Source: an uncultured Collinsella sp.
GTDB taxonomy: Bacteria > Actinomycetota > Coriobacteriia > Coriobacteriales > Coriobacteriaceae
NCBI GenBank assembly: GCA_900542905.1
Contig: UQPF01000005.1
Location: forward strand, 62,129-126,128
Reading direction: 5' to 3'
DNA length: 64,000 bases
A model generated the notes under the pieces. It worked only from the letters and a program-made list of their open reading frames with translations, did no database searches and was not told where the DNA came from. Shown one piece after another: positions 62,423 to 64,000 of this stretch; position 1 is the first letter of the stretch; each line of letters starts with the position of its first letter. A program made the translations under genes and the position numbers.

Positions 62423-63670
62423 CTACCGTTCGTTAATATAGGTACGGTGCGGAAACTCCAGACCAGGGAACAGCTTGCTCGTCAGCTCGCAGAAATAACC
62501 GTCCGTCATGCTCGCGATATAATCCACCACGGCTTGATCCTTGTCGTCCTGCCAGGCATAGGTGCGATCATAGTAGGAAAGCTGCTGCTCAATGCGCGAA
62601 ATATGGTGCTTAAAGATGTAAGAGGACTCGTCGCCACTGTTTAGATCCCGCAGGCAACGGTCGTAGAGCTTTTCGAACGCCTCGCGCAGCTCCACCTCGG
62701 AATCGCCTTCGATACCGCCCTTGCTATAGATCTTCTCGTAGTTCTCCCGCTTGGCCCGGCGGATTTCCTCAAACAGGTCCTCGCTCATCTCGATACGCGG
62801 CTTACCATAGCTGTGCTCAACGATATCGATGGAGGCATGCGTGAGGATCCAACTGTTGTAGGCACCGCCCCGGCCATCATCAAAGGCGTCGGGTGACAGC
62901 AGGCCCGCCGCAATGGCGTCTTGGCGATCGCGCCCAACGTAGGCAAGAATATCCGAGATGCGAACGACGCAGCCCTCGAGCGTCATGGGACGCAGATGCT
63001 CAATTGCGCTATAGCCCGTGGCAATGCAATCTTCAACCGTCAGGTCAAACTGGTCAAAGGAGCTCATGTCCGAGAGCTCAAACACACGCTGCTCGAACTC
63101 GCCGTTATGGCATAGCACGCCGTCGAGCGTCTGGAGCGACACGTTGCGGCCATACAACGCGTCGAGCACGCGGACCGACTGCACATTATGGAAAAAATAA
63201 CGCCCCGTGCGCTCATGATAGATATCGTTGAGGAAGCGCTCGCCGGCATGGCCGAAAGGCGTGTGTCCCAAGTCATGACCCAGGCCAATCGCCTCGATCA
63301 GATCGCAATTGAGCCCCAGGGCGCGACCGATATCGCGCGCAATGCGCGAGACAAGCTGCACGTGCAAACCGCGGCGTGACAGATCGTCATTGCTACGGAA
63401 GCTAAAGACCTGCGTTTTGCCTGCATAACGGGTGTACGCCGGAAGATGAAGTATCTTTTCGGTATCGCGCATAAACGCCGGACGCATAAGCGTGCCTTTG
63501 TCGGCAGCGCGATCAATACGACGAATGACCTGGTCGTCGTTACAACGATACGGGTTGACATAGCCCGAAGCACGATCAGCGGCAATGCGCTCGACAAGTT
63601 CGGGCGACAACGCCGAGGGAATACAGTCCATGCGCGCCTTAATGACGGCCGTTTCTTGATTAGTTGCCAT
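62423..63670 (-). CDS. HD-domain dNTP triphosphohydrolase-like protein (dGTPase family)
   Basis: The ATG at 63670 follows AAGGAG. HVQLVSRIAR...GLGHDLGHTPFGHAGE is the HD motif. Confidence 0.8.
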   Translation of the reverse strand: MATNQETAVIKARMDCIPSALSPELVERIAADRASGYVNPYRCNDDQVIRRIDRAADKGTLMRPAFMRDTEKILHLPAYTRYAGKTQVFSFRSNDDLSRRGLHVQLVSRIARDIGRALGLNCDLIEAIGLGHDLGHTPFGHAGERFLNDIYHERTGRYFFHNVQSVRVLDALYGRNVSLQTLDGVLCHNGEFEQRVFELSDMSSFDQFDLTVEDCIATGYSAIEHLRPMTLEGCVVRISDILAYVGRDRQDAIAAGLLSPDAFDDGRGGAYNSWILTHASIDIVEHSYGKPRIEMSEDLFEEIRRAKRENYEKIYSKGGIEGDSEVELREAFEKLYDRCLRDLNSGDESSYIFKHHISRIEQQLSYYDRTYAWQDDKDQAVVDYIASMTDGYFCELTSKLFPGLEFPHRTYINER

Positions 63671-63701
63671 GGCATGCTCCTTAAGAAGGATGCGCAATCG
63701 G

Positions 63702-64000
63702 TTACAATGTGCAGCCCACGACCTCGATTATGGCAAAAATCGGCACCAAAAACGGGAGCAATGGCAGGGAGCGCGATTTTGTGATGAGGCAGGAGACGGC
63801 AAGGACCAGGAGCGCAGTGGCAAATGCGACGATGCCGCCCATAGGGTCGAGCGTGCAAAGCGCAAAGAGTGCCTTGGCATCTCCCATGCCGATGCCCGGG
63901 GTTTGGCGAAAACGACGCCAGAGGGACTCAGTCAGCACGAGAGCAAAGTAGACGATGACCGCAAGACCGGCATGGTCAAGCGCCGTGTTAACGCCTTTGT
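63702..64000 (-). CDS. A24-family prepilin peptidase-like membrane protein, C-terminal part (5' end beyond the window)
   Basis: The frame is open to the window edge (hand translation ...LDHAGLAVIVYFALVLTESLWRRF...). The GIGMGDAKALFAL motif resembles the second catalytic Asp region (GxGD). Confidence 0.6.
   Translation of the reverse strand, partial: KGVNTALDHAGLAVIVYFALVLTESLWRRFRQTPGIGMGDAKALFALCTLDPMGGIVAFATALLVLAVSCLITKSRSLPLLPFLVPIFAIIEVVGCTL

Noticed and set aside
62423-63670. The HD-domain dGTPase-like gene as an anti-phage dNTP-depletion defence gene.
   Set aside because: It sits in a housekeeping context (rarA, alaS block) with no neighbouring defence or mobile genes. The family has common housekeeping members, and nothing in the sequence distinguishes a defence role.

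Overview
High-GC, densely coding chromosomal window from a Gram-positive actinobacterium. The gene order suggests a Coriobacteriia-like organism, but that is inference only. No rRNA, CRISPR array, transposase, integrase or phage genes are visible.

Layout:
- 1-10.2 kb: gltX (partial), metK, a fused L-serine dehydratase, an L,D-transpeptidase, and a MacAB-type HlyD/ABC/FtsX exporter.
- 10.4-26.3 kb, minus strand: one gap-free, translationally coupled operon for anaerobic cobalamin biosynthesis. Order is cbiF-cbiD-(cbiL remnant)-cbiG-cbiH-cbiET-cbiA-cobT-cobU-cobS-(miniCobU::CobC)-cbiB-cobD-cbiP-cobO-cbiC-cbiJ.
- 26.4-32.3 kb, plus strand, divergent from that operon: a sigma70-type promoter and a cobalamin riboswitch. 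These drive a Tat/lipobox-exported CbiK chelatase, a small lipoprotein, a lipoprotein binding protein that carries a paralogous N-terminal domain, a FecCD permease, and an ATPase with an extra C-terminal domain.
- 32.4-36.3 kb: a TetR regulator, an LPG-synthase-TM-like membrane protein, two identical tRNA-Glu(CUC) genes, and the CCA-adding enzyme.
- 36.5-44.4 kb: a fructose-family PTS locus (rpiR <> fruA | ptsH-ptsI-pfkB | pfkB).
- 44.5-64 kb: a conserved housekeeping block. It runs recN-nadK-tlyA-xseB-nusB-asp23-efp-pepP-aroB-like-aroK-HAD-mltG-ruvX-alaS, then an AI-2E permease/sigma/anti-sigma-like/DUF948 operon, rarA, an HD dNTPase-like gene and a partial prepilin peptidase.

Most interesting:
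1. The riboswitch-controlled extracytoplasmic CbiK/lipoprotein/ABC module, which also has an internal SD+GTG that could yield a cytoplasmic CbiK isoform.
2. An internally deleted cbiL and a mini-CobU::CobC fusion inside an otherwise intact B12 operon.
3. Two families of short palindromic intergenic repeats. One has a conserved core with compensatory hairpin substitutions, flanked by locus-specific perfect inverted repeats.
4. An AroB-like ORF in which the catalytic motifs cannot be recognised.

Many first 'M' residues in the ORF track are GTG/TTG far upstream of the real start. Starts were re-set using overlapping stop/start junctions, SD sequences and family N-termini.
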